From Lytechinus pictus (taxonomy: Eukaryota), in contig NC_087246.1 of the NCBI RefSeq assembly GCF_037042905.1, forward strand, positions 8,186,001 to 8,250,000: DNA of 64,000 bases. The letters are read 5' to 3'. Below the pieces are notes generated by a model. That model was not told the DNA's origin. It worked only from the letters and a program-made list of their open reading frames with translations, and made no database searches. The first letter of the stretch is position 1, and each line of letters opens with the position of its first letter. Shown piece by piece: positions 53,301 through 64,000 of this stretch. The position numbers and the translations under genes are program-made.

Positions 53301-56300
53301 TTTAATTCCTTTATGAATATAAAATCATGTGAAACCAAACCTCATGCTCTTGCAAATTTGACACTTAAATTTGAAGTCATATCTGCATACCAGAGGCTTA
53401 ACTCTTTTAATTTTGTATGTTTGACTTCTCCCCTCCTATTTTTCCTTTTATTTTTACCTATTTGTTCAGTTATCCAATTAATCAGATATTGGAGATTCCA
53501 TTATTTGTTTTCCTCATTGTTTTTTTTTAAATACTAGGGGAGGAGGTATACTTTATGACTCTGATATTGAAATAAGACAAATGAAATTGGGCATAGTAAT
53601 GTTCATTAAATAATTAATATTTTTGAGGAACTGTATTTCGTGGTTTCATTTACTTTAATTTTTTTTTTTTTTAGTATTTGTTTATTGGTTTCTATTACCC
53701 CCCTCTCTATCTTTCTCTCTCTCTCTCTCTCTTGCACAAGGCATCAGTCAATTTTGACATGGAATCATTACTTTTTATTTGTTTGTAATCCATGAAATTG
53801 TAAATTTCTTTTCATGTTTTTTTTTTATTCGGACCAAACGGCATTAGACGACATGGTCATTGCATGAAATGGCATTGAACAAAGTGGACATAAGCCTGCA
53901 AATTGGGACCATGTAGATCTTAGACCAACTGGTGATATACAATATTAATGGTAAACTAAATGGGGTTTAGCTGATGTGGTTTTAGAAAATACAGACCAAA
54001 TGATATGACCTCCTTGTGGCATTTTTCATTTTTTAATGCAATGAATGAGTACGGATAACTGAGCGAATGATCCCAGAAGCTACCAAAATGTGCCATAAAT
54101 GTCCCACATATTTTGATAAATTAACATGTGCAGTTACCAAAATGAGTTGCAAACATAGTTGGGCACATTTTGGTAATTCTTTCATGCTTTCTTTTTATAA
54201 CAGGCCCAGATGGAGTTGCGTGATTTTCAAGGTGCCCATGTATTCCTGACCAAAGCCCAACAGCAGGAACCATCTAATGCTGCAATACTCAGTGGTCTCA
54301 GGGAACTTAACAAGGCATGGAGGCAGTGGAATTTAATGGAACGTACTTGCTATGGCAACATGTTCCCAGATTGGAAGAAAGGTAATTTCACCATTTAATG
54401 ATGAAAATTCCATCTCCAATTTTGGGTTGGTTGTATGTGTAGAAATGGCAGTTCACATTAATGACAATTTGGGGCAGTGCTCAGTTGCCAACATTTGCAA
54501 GAATAGAACCAATATGAAATTGTTTCATTGTTATGTAATTTATGATCTGACATTAAAGCACTAATTTGGGAAACATCTCGTTAAGAATCCTGTACTGGAA
54601 GTCTTCGGAAAATCCCAGTTCCTGTGATGGAAATTCATTATGAATTCAAATTCCTGTCTAGTGCCTCTCCATAATGATCTTTCTTCTCCCTCCCCTCTCT
54701 TCAGATGTCATTGTATTACAATGGCTAAGAAAAATAGTGGCCTATTGTAACAGGTTTGGTGGTGTTATGAGCCTAATATGAAGGGGGCTAAAGTTTCATT
54801 TATGATTTATTTATTTTCTGACAGATTTTGCTGTAAACTTATCCTAAAATAGTAGAATGTTTGCGAATAACTTTTTAAATTAGGTCACATTGGCTAGAAG
54901 TATTTCAGTAAAAAACTTACAACTAAAAATATATGAAATATTCAATGATTCTTTTAAAGAATTCCTTTTTTGTTCTTTTCCGGGAGGGGGGGGGGTTAAC
55001 TGGCCCTGCCCTGCCAGTATCCCAATGGACATGATCAAATTGACGGTATGATTTTTTTTTTTAGCTCTGCTTGAAAAGATTGTAAAAAAAACTGGATCCT
55101 TGTTGTTCAGAAATGACAGGAGAATATGCTTTAGTTGAATCTCTTTGGACAATAGAAGTCTGTTGGACTTAGGAGAAAGTTTGCAGAGGCATTTAGTTAT
55201 TTTGATGATTTTCCTGATATATTTCATGGAGGAATGAAGATCAGTGTGATCCTGTGAATTATTTTGGTTGTCAATTTTGGATTCCAGATGACCAGCTGAA
55301 AGAAGGTGAGAAGTCACAAAGGAAAATACCTGAAAACGTTCAGAAAAACATCAGAGACAAATTACGGTAAGCTATGTTTGCATCCTTCAAACTGAAAGGA
55401 TTTATTCCCTTTTGAAAAGGAAGGGGGGCATTTTTTGTTCTTTATGTACCACTTTGTAACTCTGATCCATACACAGTTTCCTTTTTATACGCTCGTTCTA
55501 CAGGACGTATTATAGTAAAACGCTCGGTGTCCGTCCGTTAACTTTTCCTTGTAAACGTGATAACTTAACCTAGGCTCACATAATTTGGTTTGTATGATAC
55601 TAGCATAAATCCTAGGAAGCCTATTGATTTTAAGGTCAAAGGTCAAGGACACACTGACATGTTTTCATCTTACCCTTCTGAAGTCTTTGTAAATGCGATA
55701 ACTTCAGTTTAACTTAACCTAGGCTCATATAATTTGGTGTGTATGATACTAGCGTGAATCCCAGGAAGCCTATTGATTTTGAGGTCAAAAGGTCAAGGTC
55801 ACACTGACATGTTTTCATCTTACCCTTCTGCAGTCCTTGCAAATGCGATAACTTGAGTTTAAAGTGACCTTCCATTGACAAATCATGGGGCCAAGCTCAG
55901 AACAGAGAAGGGATTCTAGTCTTTCACTCGGCTGTATGCCTGGGGGTGCTTAGGTAATAGACGTCAGCATGTCTGGGAGGTCTTATATAGGAGAGCAATA
56001 GATAGTAGGCTAACCAACCAGCAGTAAACTGCGTGTTTTCATTTTGAAACATGTAACTTCACAGAGGATATTTATTTTGGTTTATCAATCAAGAGACCTG
56101 CTAAGAGTCTAGGATTTGGGAATGTTGGAAACTAGAACTGCGACGACCTGAAGTAAATAACGATCACGAGTTTGGTCAAATTTGTGTTGTCCGAACTTTT
56201 ATCGCATTAGTCCGACGGGCTCTCATGACGGACGGATTATATTGTGCAAGTCAATTGGCCTTTTGCAAATTTCGTATTGATTCAATTTCCCCATGATTTG

Positions 56301-58492
56301 TCAATGGCAGGCCGCTTTAACTTAATCTAGACTCATATAATTTGGTGTGTATGATACTAGCATAGATCCCAGGAATTCTATTGATTTTGAGGTCAGAAGG
56401 TCAAAGGTGACGCCACCTTCCACTTTTCTTGCTTGAACAATAGCTCCCTTTTCCGTGTAACAGGTGGGCGTATTATGTGCTTAACGCTCTTAGCGACACT
56501 TTTGTTTTATATTGACTTCAACTCTATACTAACCCCCCCCTCCCCTCAACAAATAATTTGGAAACGGCTCTTATTTATTTTTTCAGATGTCAATGTTGAT
56601 AACAGGTTTCCATTTATTGAAAACAATATTAAACAAGTACTTAGTGAAATACGTGATTTTGATTGAGTGAGAAAATCTGTCATGGCATTGGAACTTGTTA
56701 TGATGGCAGATTCAATGAAATTGAGCCATGGCTCATTCCATGAACATGATTCTCATTTACCCATTGACTTCTATTTTACAGGTTAGTTTCACAATTTGAA
56801 ATTATGTTTATATCATCATGATAAATGTACTGTACTGAAAAACAGGTGTCCTTTATTGTTTGTTGTCCACTTTATCATATCTGTAGAATAATAAAAAGTC
56901 TATGCTGTTAGATGAATTTGTTATTGTTTAGTATTGCATATTATGACTTTTAAAAGGGATTTTCAAAAAGCCAAAAAGAAGAACGAAATGACATTCCAAG
57001 CCAAGACTATGGCACCATCAGAAATCAACTTCCTGGAGACAGTTGCTAAGGAATTCAGCATGACGTTCCAGAAAAGAGAATATGTAAGTTCAAAGAAGTT
57101 AGTAAGCCATTATTAACTTGAAGCCTGATTAATTTTTTTCTTCATTTTTTATTCAAACAAAATCTTGTGTTAAAATAATCTGGAGACCTTAAAGGGATGG
57201 TTGAAAGTATGTATAGCTTAATAAATAGAGTAGAATTCACAGAGCAAAATGCAGAAAATTTTATCAAAATCGGATAACAAAGTTATTGAATTTTAAAGTT
57301 AAGCAATATTTTGTGAAAACAGTCGTCATGAATATTCATTACGTGGGCTGATGATGTCACATCTCCACTTGTTCTTTTGTATTTTATTATATGAAATTAG
57401 GTTTATTCAATTTTTTTTTCCAAGAACTAGAAAAATTGGATTGACAACTGATTTAGTGCATTAGATATTTATTGCTGCAACTTATTTTATTATAAGGGAG
57501 ACATATTATTCACACAAGTATGAAATAATGAAAAAATTATGACTTTATATAATAACATAAGAAAACAGAAAGTAAAGATGTGAAATTATCAGCCCACCTA
57601 ATGAATATTCATGACGACTGTTTTCACAAAATATTGCTAAACTTTAAACTTCAATAACTTTATTATTTGTTATTCGATTTTGATGAAATTTTCTGTATTT
57701 TGCTCAGTGAATTCTACTCTATGTATTAAGATATAAATATTTTCAGCCAGGACCATCCCTTTAAGTTGTGCTAACAAGTTAGTGAACCCCACCAAAAAAT
57801 TCACTCCTTCATGCTGAGTGTAGAACAGAGACAACACTACAATGTTCGCCGAGCCAAGAGAATTAAACTTTATTCAATGTAATATTTTATCACCTGATTT
57901 CACAATTAAATGTCTATTGCATTGCAGAACTTAAACACTTGAAATATTTTCATTTTCTAGTGGAGTTCACTAACTTTTTAGCACCACTGTATATAAACAA
58001 AGATTAATTATAATAAGGTAATTTAAATATGTGAAGATAAATAGAGTTATAACAAATGTATCAGTATGGAAATTTAAAAAGAAAATTGATTCTGGGATAA
58101 CCAGTAATAACAATAGCTTAGGACATATTTCACTTCATGACTGTTATTAAGTCATTCTGCATGTAAAGGGAGTAACTAAGAAATACACTAAATTCTCTTT
58201 CTTATGTAACATGACAAATACATAAGCATAAAGTTGTAATATACCTGTGTATCTGTCTTGCCATATTTGCCTTCAGTATCAACTTTAGAGAGGAAAGGCT
58301 GTAGGTCTGTTATGAAGGGCAAAAGAATAAAGATATGTAGTAATATACAGAAATATAGTAGTAGTAGTAGAAGTAGTTAAAGCAGTAGTAGCAGCAAACT
58401 GATTTATGTATTTATTTAATTTTATCTCTTTACAGCAAGGCGAGCAGATTATCAAAATCGTAAAGGAAGCTGCAGGTAAAGCTGAACAGTGA
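41345..58492 (+). CDS. FKBP6: FKBP6 / shutdown orthologue (inactive-type FKBP domain + TPR, piRNA/meiosis co-chaperone); start exon not identified
   Basis: In-frame GT-AG exons: 41345-41447, 41993-42090, 43086-43209 (SPFEKMAKKMEDIT...), 44530-44619 (VHYNCYVEYSDEPYDST), 45212-45343 (...MRKGEISRFLIHPDLAFKDLGVPPRIPANAT), 46665-46795, 49259-49318 (EGNELF...), 50497-50694 (...LNIALC...NPKALYRKG), 54204-54381, 55288-55366, 56957-57083, 58436-58492. Positions equivalent to FKBP12 W59/Y82 are substituted, as in FKBP6. Confidence 0.9.
43686..44372 (-). mobile_element. CR1/L2-group LINE 3' end and UTR
   Basis: Minus-strand IENSPNVNIFKRKLKKML... resembles a LINE ORF2 C-terminus, followed by a UTR ending in an (AAAT)n-like tail. 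Confidence 0.5.
45571..46539 (+). mobile_element. HINE-like element with nested TTAA MITE (45609-46142)
   Basis: Subterminal IR GTCTCGCCTGA / TCAGGCGAGAC, 3' hairpin TGGTTCATGAACCA, and internal tandem units with GGGGTCAAAGGTCA. Confidence 0.7.
47290..47582 (+). mobile_element. tRNA-derived SINE with conserved central domain and L2-type tail
   Basis: A box TGGTGTAGCGG and B box GTTCGAATCCC. Central CCTTTGGCAAGGC...CCCAGGTG...GTACCGG segment (MetaSINE-like). Tail AAGCGCTTTGAG...AAAGCGCTATATAAAT...ATTATTAT. Confidence 0.85.
47584..48260. mobile_element. tRNA-containing repeat (family X): an inverted partial copy followed by tandem copies
   Basis: 47584-47760 is the reverse complement of the body plus T-arm. 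47761-47955 is partial tRNA plus body. 47956-48090 is unique spacer. 48091-48260 is tRNA plus partial body, ending at a TA tract. Confidence 0.75.
49709..50350. repeat. ~52-bp minisatellite, about 12 copies, in an FKBP6 intron
   Basis: Unit approximately TGCATTCTAAATGTAGATGACAATTTAAGACATCACCTGATTTCCATAGTTA. Confidence 0.9.
51424..51666. mobile_element. MITE with ~45-bp inverted arms
   Basis: TGACGTCAGTTGCTATGGTGTCATGGCGGGCTGGTTCTAAA / TTTAGAACCAGGCCACCATGACACCATGGCAACTGACGTCA. Confidence 0.7.
51776..52924 (+). mobile_element. L2-clade LINE 3' fragment (degenerate RT)
   Basis: FGVPQGSVIGPIAF...YADDTQIY, LKLNESKTE, ARNLGVMFD, SRIDFCN..LYGLP...LQRIQNSAARL, LKTHLF, with stops and frameshifts. 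3' stem-loop AAGCGCTT...AAGCGCTATATAAAT followed by (ATT)n. Confidence 0.92.
55482..56506 (+). mobile_element. Helentron-associated non-autonomous element (HINE/DINE-1-like) with internal tandem repeats
   Basis: T-rich insertion site, subterminal inverted repeat TATACGCTC / GGGCGTATTA, short GTCC microsatellite, ~140-bp tandem units containing AGGTCAAAGGTCA, and a 3' hairpin. Confidence 0.7.
55863..56316. mobile_element. Kolobok-type MITE nested in a Helentron-associated element
   Basis: 28-bp TIR AGTGACCTTCCATTGACAAATCATGGGG / CCCCATGATTTGTCAATGGCAGGCCGCT with TTAA on both sides. The empty-site sequence (AGTTTAACTTAACCTAGG) is visible in the neighbouring host repeat unit near 55706. Confidence 0.85.
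57193..57760. mobile_element. Kolobok/T2-type MITE with ~180-bp inverted arms and TTAA TSD
   Basis: TTAA|AGGGATGG...CCATCCCT|TTAA with long imperfect inverted arms. Related sequences occur at 1-278, ~1105-1862, 45609-46142 and 61095-62797. Confidence 0.8.
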
Positions 58493-61400
58493 AAGAACTC
58501 TCTTATCAGAACCTTTGCAAGCTAAGCCACCTTGCCAAATCACCATGAGATTCTCACAATTCGCTGAGTTTGCTTTCATCTGCTACTTCAATACTACCAG
58601 CATGCTGTAGGATGATAGTTCTTATCCTTTGCATGACCTTTTAAAAAACACTGATGATTGTACTTTGCAGTATTGTTGACATACATGTAGCCTGGAGACC
58701 CCCAAGCAAAAATGTACAAGAGAAACTGGAAGGAAACTCTGCAATGGCTACCGGTAAATTAAGTTTAGTTGCACCAGATGGCAAAGTTCAAACCTTGCAG
58801 GATGAAAAAGTGGAACTTCTACAGTGGATATGATAATTTCTATGAGGGAATTCCAACTTGATCTTAGAAGCTCCTGTCAGTATTGTCATCCTTTATCACT
58901 CACTCACTCTAGGATGTGTTGAAGACAATGAATAACCTGACATTAATGTGCTGTTCAACACTGGTACAATAAGAACGTCAAAGGCATTGATAGTGAAGTC
59001 TTTTTCTTTTGATATCATTTCGCTGCTGCTGGCAGGTGTGAGGAATATATACTAGTAGATAATTATTTTTTCTCACAAGGGATGGAAGTGAGGCTGCCAG
59101 AAGAAAGTTTCTATCATAGACTTTGTACACAGATTGAGGCTTTGGTCAAGGATGTCAAAATGTCGCCTTGAGGACAGTCTTTATACTGTCATATGATTTC
59201 TTGATGTATACGAGGTTAGAATGTGATTTAGCCGATTGTCCCTGGATAACTGTTAAAATAGCTTTAAAGATTTGAATGAGTGTTCTTATATCCTTGATCA
59301 CTTGGCACCAGAATCATACTTTATTTAAGCCATGATGGAATATCCATGGGTGTTTCTCAAAGAGAGTAGCATGGCACACATTACACATTGACATATTATG
59401 GTCAAGGGATTGCATCATCGTCCTTGGGATTAATACCACATGCATATTAGCACTCATTCATGCTTTTAATGTTATACTTTTGGCTCATGGGTCTGTCACT
59501 TTTACTAGATTGTATGATTTTGAGTATATTATATTAGATAGGTCTACATGTATGTGTAATGCCAGATAACTAAATAAGGCCCTTAAAGAGGGTGGATAGT
59601 TTTGGTAATTCCTCAAAATCGGCATGTCACCATTCTAATTAATTTGTATATTATATGAATGTGTATGTCCTAAAACAGTCATGATGTGGATGATATGAAA
59701 TGAAAAGGTGTTTTTCATGATAAATTATGCTCTTACATGTGTGGATTTTACCTTGCCGGGATACCCAGCTTTTTGAAACGTAGCTGCATGCAGACACTCA
59801 AAGTGCGCACCACCGCCTCTGCCGTGCGTGTGCTACGCGAGAACGATAATGTAGTCCTCGCTACACAATTGCGTTGTCAATCAGTTTTACCATAGAGCTA
59901 TTACAGCTCTATGGTTTTACGAAGCTCATAGTCGTAGATACATTGCCGTTTCCAGACTTTCCTTGCATGATTGCATCACATTACAACGAACGGCAGAGCA
60001 GACTTTAGATCTAAACAGCCTTGATCGATATTAGGAGTACGTACCTCATTCCTACCTTCCTTGAAGTTTGAACTTGCCCTTGGCTGGGGGCCGCTTGCAT
60101 ATAACAAACCTCGACCGTCCCATCTTCCCCATTAAAAAAATGCAACCACGATATTAGCTGTTGCAAATAAGTATCTGCTCTCTGATTGCTAATATAACAC
60201 TGGAACAATTTATAAATCAGAATGAATATAACGTACAGCACAGAATTAGAATTGGAAAAACTTCTTTTTTTGGTTCTTCTCCGACTTCCCGCGTATTAGC
60301 CTCAGCTCATGTTGTTTCAGATTGACAAAAAGTTTTATTTTACGATTCTAATGATTCAAAAGAAAAGAAAGGAAAATGAAACCAACAGAAAGAACCCTTA
60401 CATTCAAAGAAAATTCCAAGATTGTGCATCCTGTTTATGTTTTGGAAATGCATTGATTTAATTCTCACTAAAATGATATATAAACAGTCTTTGGGTTAAT
60501 TGTGTCTGAATTCGTAGACTAGTACAGTGTGCACGTTGGATGTATGTTCTGTGTATGCAGTAGGACTGGCCGGGAATTTCATTCACTTGTGCGTGGGTGT
60601 ACGGTATGAGTGTGTGTGTTTGTGTTGAATAGTGCGTGTGGAGACGTTACGTAATAAGGTCAACAGATACATTGCATGCAATGATCTTGTATACCGGGCC
60701 TCCTACAGGTCATGAAGAGTTCAGTTCACTGGTCATGTACATGGAGAGATCCTGCGTGTCCCGAGATAATTTGATTCAATCGAAACCATGGGCCTAGTAT
60801 ACAGCTCAGCATGCCGAGTTTCAGAAAACTGGCTATCCTATGGAATAAGTAATTTATTGGATAAAGTTCTGTAAATAATGTTATTCAGTTTGATCGTATA
60901 TCTTTCCATAATATGGCCATTTCACATGGTAATAACCACTATCTCACTAACTAAATAGGCCTACCAAAAGAACAATAAAAATAATAATGTGGGTCGGGTG
61001 TAACGTCGATATAGGGCCTCGATATCATTTTATATATTTCCCCATAATTTTATTTTTTTCCTGAATATGTGGAATAACCGCTGAGGATTATATCTATGGT
61101 TCAGTCAAGTTGGTCCTTATTTTCAAATCTCTAATTGAAATATAATTCAAACAAGCCAGGGGGGCGGTGGGGGCGGTCGCCCCCCCCCCCCAAAAAAAAA
61201 AACGTCCCCAAAAAGAAAAAAAGAGAAAAAAGAGAGGAGAAAAGGAAAAGGGAAGGGAGGAAAGGGAAGAAAGGTAGCTTTGAGGTTTTTTTTTCTTTTT
61301 ATTCTTTTTTTTTTCTCAAAAGAGAAACTCCTTCACTCTTGCTCTAGATTTATATATGAATTTTGCTTCCGCGCTGCGCGCGGTTAAATGACAATATTGA

Positions 61401-64000
61401 AGATCTCCATTGTTCCCCCCACCCTTTCTCTAACCCTGTTTTTCCACCTCAGCTATATATGTGTTTCTTGCCGGGTAAAGTTCAAATGTATACATTAGGG
61501 CATGGTTAGGCCGAAGTATATGAAGTTATCTTTTTTTTTAATTGATCGCGCAACTTCTGGTCGGGTCGGCTCCGGTTGGGTGAAATCTTTATATCAATTT
61601 CTGCCGTCACCTCCATAAAGTCAACTTCTCCCGCTTTTCAGCTCATTACTAAACAACCATAATTTTTGGGGCAAACAGGTTCCTAATTTAAAAAGAGGAA
61701 GGTATAAAATTCGTATCTTATTAAATAAAAAAGTACAATATTTTTTATCAAATTCTATTAAACTTCATGTCATTTCCCTGCACATTCATCTCCTGTCCTG
61801 TTTTGCGCCCTCAGTTTGAAATTTTGAATGACACCAAAGTTTCTTTATAATTCAAAATGAAGCGCTTCAGCTAAGTCAAAGAAATTAGGTATCCTTTTTA
61901 TATAATTTCAATAAATCACAGAAGTTTCAACTTTTTGCGCACTATTTTCCTTGTAATGAAGTTCAATGATCTTAGAAAATTAATTGAATTAGAGCCGATC
62001 GGGTATTGGAGATATCTGCATTTGATGAAACGTCTGCCCTTTGAAATTTCAGAGTTTCGTTCTGCGCGGGGAGGAATATCTTCCTCCCGGCATATACACT
62101 TCTTCTCCTCTGTTTTGCGAGTTAAAGATATGCACTGTCGCTAAATTGTTTGTAATCAAATCTGACCTTTCCAAGGGAAGTATCCAATATGTGTTTGAGA
62201 ATACCGTTTTCTCGGGACCCTTTTCATGGCAAAAAATTGATAAAACGCTTTAGTTTCCGCGCTTCGCGCGGGGTTATTATCATTTTAATTTCCTCCATTG
62301 TATTCCTTTTTTGTGCGTTCACAATCTTTTTTGAAAACAATGTTCAAAATCACAATATAGTCAACTGAATTGGAGCTGATATATAGGTACTAAAGACAAG
62401 AGAGACGGCTCCTTTTCATTTTAATTTATGAAACACCAAAAGCTTCGCAAGGGAGGGGGAAACTCCCCCTCCCTGCACCCAACCCCTAGGGAGCGCGCTT
62501 CGCGCGCTCTGTAAGTGTTGGCACGCTTCGCGTGCATTTACCGCCCCCTCCAAAATGAAATCCTGGCTACGCGGTTGGTAGTGATCGAGGGACATCATCA
62601 ACTCTCATTTGCATAATACTGAGTTGTGCATATAACTATTTTGTGAAAAATATAGGCTATGTGAAATTTGGAAATGCCATACTGATTTAATCATTTTTAC
62701 ATCCAATTTTGATGAATTTTTCAAAATTATGCTTGTTGGATTTTTTTCTATTGATTCAAATCAACATTTTTTTTTCTGGGGTGGACTTGACCTTTAATTA
62801 AACATTGAACTGTGGGAGAGATGCAAAAAAAATGGCAGGGGCAATGATTTACAAGCCAAGCGCTGATCGATTTTCAAGTCATTATCAGAAAAAGGAGGTG
62901 AAAGAACGGGAAGGGGAAAAAATGCAATGAAAGAAAGAAATTATATAGAGAAAGAAAGAACGTAGGGGAGGGGGGTTGGGTGGGGATCGAGCTGCATGGG
63001 AACGAGTCGTTGGGAATTTGTCTAGTCTGACAAACTTTATTATTGCAATTCTTTGTTTCTAACTTGACAACCAAACGATACACGTCCCTCATGAATAACC
63101 GGATATATATTGTCACTCGGACTGTTATGAGTGAGAGAAAAGCAAAAAAAACCAAAACAAACATGTTGCGATATCGGCCTAAATTAATTGCATCATAATT
63201 CATAGTGCATTGAAGTAATATTATTTCTTCACACACACTTTCTTGTGAAAATGCCTATTTGTTCAACTGCATGGCCTATCCCTTCCCCAATAGGCCTACC
63301 CCCCCCCCCCCAACCTCACCAATCGCATAGGGTGGACAAAATAATACTGCACGAGCAAGTATTTGGCCTTCGGCTGTATAAAACGTGTAATTTTTGTTTG
63401 TCAACGAAACAAAGTACGAATCTCTTCTAATGAAAAGATCTCTGACTTCATAATTTTATAAAGTCAAAACTTATTCCCAAAATATTTTATGAATGTGAGA
63501 AAGACCAGCGGTCGAGAATACAGCATATACGCCAGTTTTCCCAAATTTTTCTTTCCACATGTAAATTGGCGGATCAGGGCTGGGGGCGACCAAGGTATAT
63601 TTTGAAAATTGCTCACAGACATACATTTTTATTTATTTACTTTAATAATTGTATGCATTTATTCATTCATTCATGCATGGTCATTTATCATATATTCTGT
63701 TTCATTTCCCCAGTGTAAGAGAGTCTTGCACAATAGAGCTAAATGTACGAAAATTGCCGTTATAAAATATGGGCCCGTCTGTTTTGCTGTTTCCACCAAT
63801 TTTTATTTCAAAATCCAAAATGATACATTTTCTTTTGTTCCACGTTCCAATAAATAAAAAATCTTACTTGACATCTAACACGAAACGAGTGACCATTTTT
63901 GAACTTTCTTCACAACGTAAAATTTTATAAGAATCTTTTTACTATAATTGGCGACCTTGCCTGACACAGTCCAATTCGATATTGCCATAAACTATATAAA

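Overview
AT-rich, intron-containing animal genomic DNA. The repeat landscape looks like a marine invertebrate, probably a sea urchin or other echinoderm (inference only). Most of the supplied ORF track is noise; the real genes had to be spliced by hand. Four spliced genes are supported. OGFOD2 (minus, 7 coding exons, one GC-AG intron) sits head-to-head with ZSWIM7/SWS1 (plus). A 247-aa TNF-receptor-like type I membrane protein without a death domain lies on the plus strand. FKBP6/shutdown (plus; FKBP + TPR + an R3H-like C-terminal extension) follows, with its start exon unresolved. Introns and intergenic DNA are dense with mobile elements: a 5'-truncated Neptune-type Penelope-like retroelement (RT + GIY-YIG) carrying a minimal hammerhead ribozyme, L2/CR1 fragments, a tRNA-SINE sharing the L2 tail, and Kolobok (TTAA), Sola2-like, P/Galileo-like and Helentron-associated non-autonomous elements. 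The most unusual item is a (TA)n-associated repeat family, in tandem/inverted Penelope-style arrangement, that carries a tRNA cloverleaf with a UCA (UGA-reading) anticodon and a Pol III terminator. One copy lies next to the Penelope element, whose ORF has an in-frame UGA.
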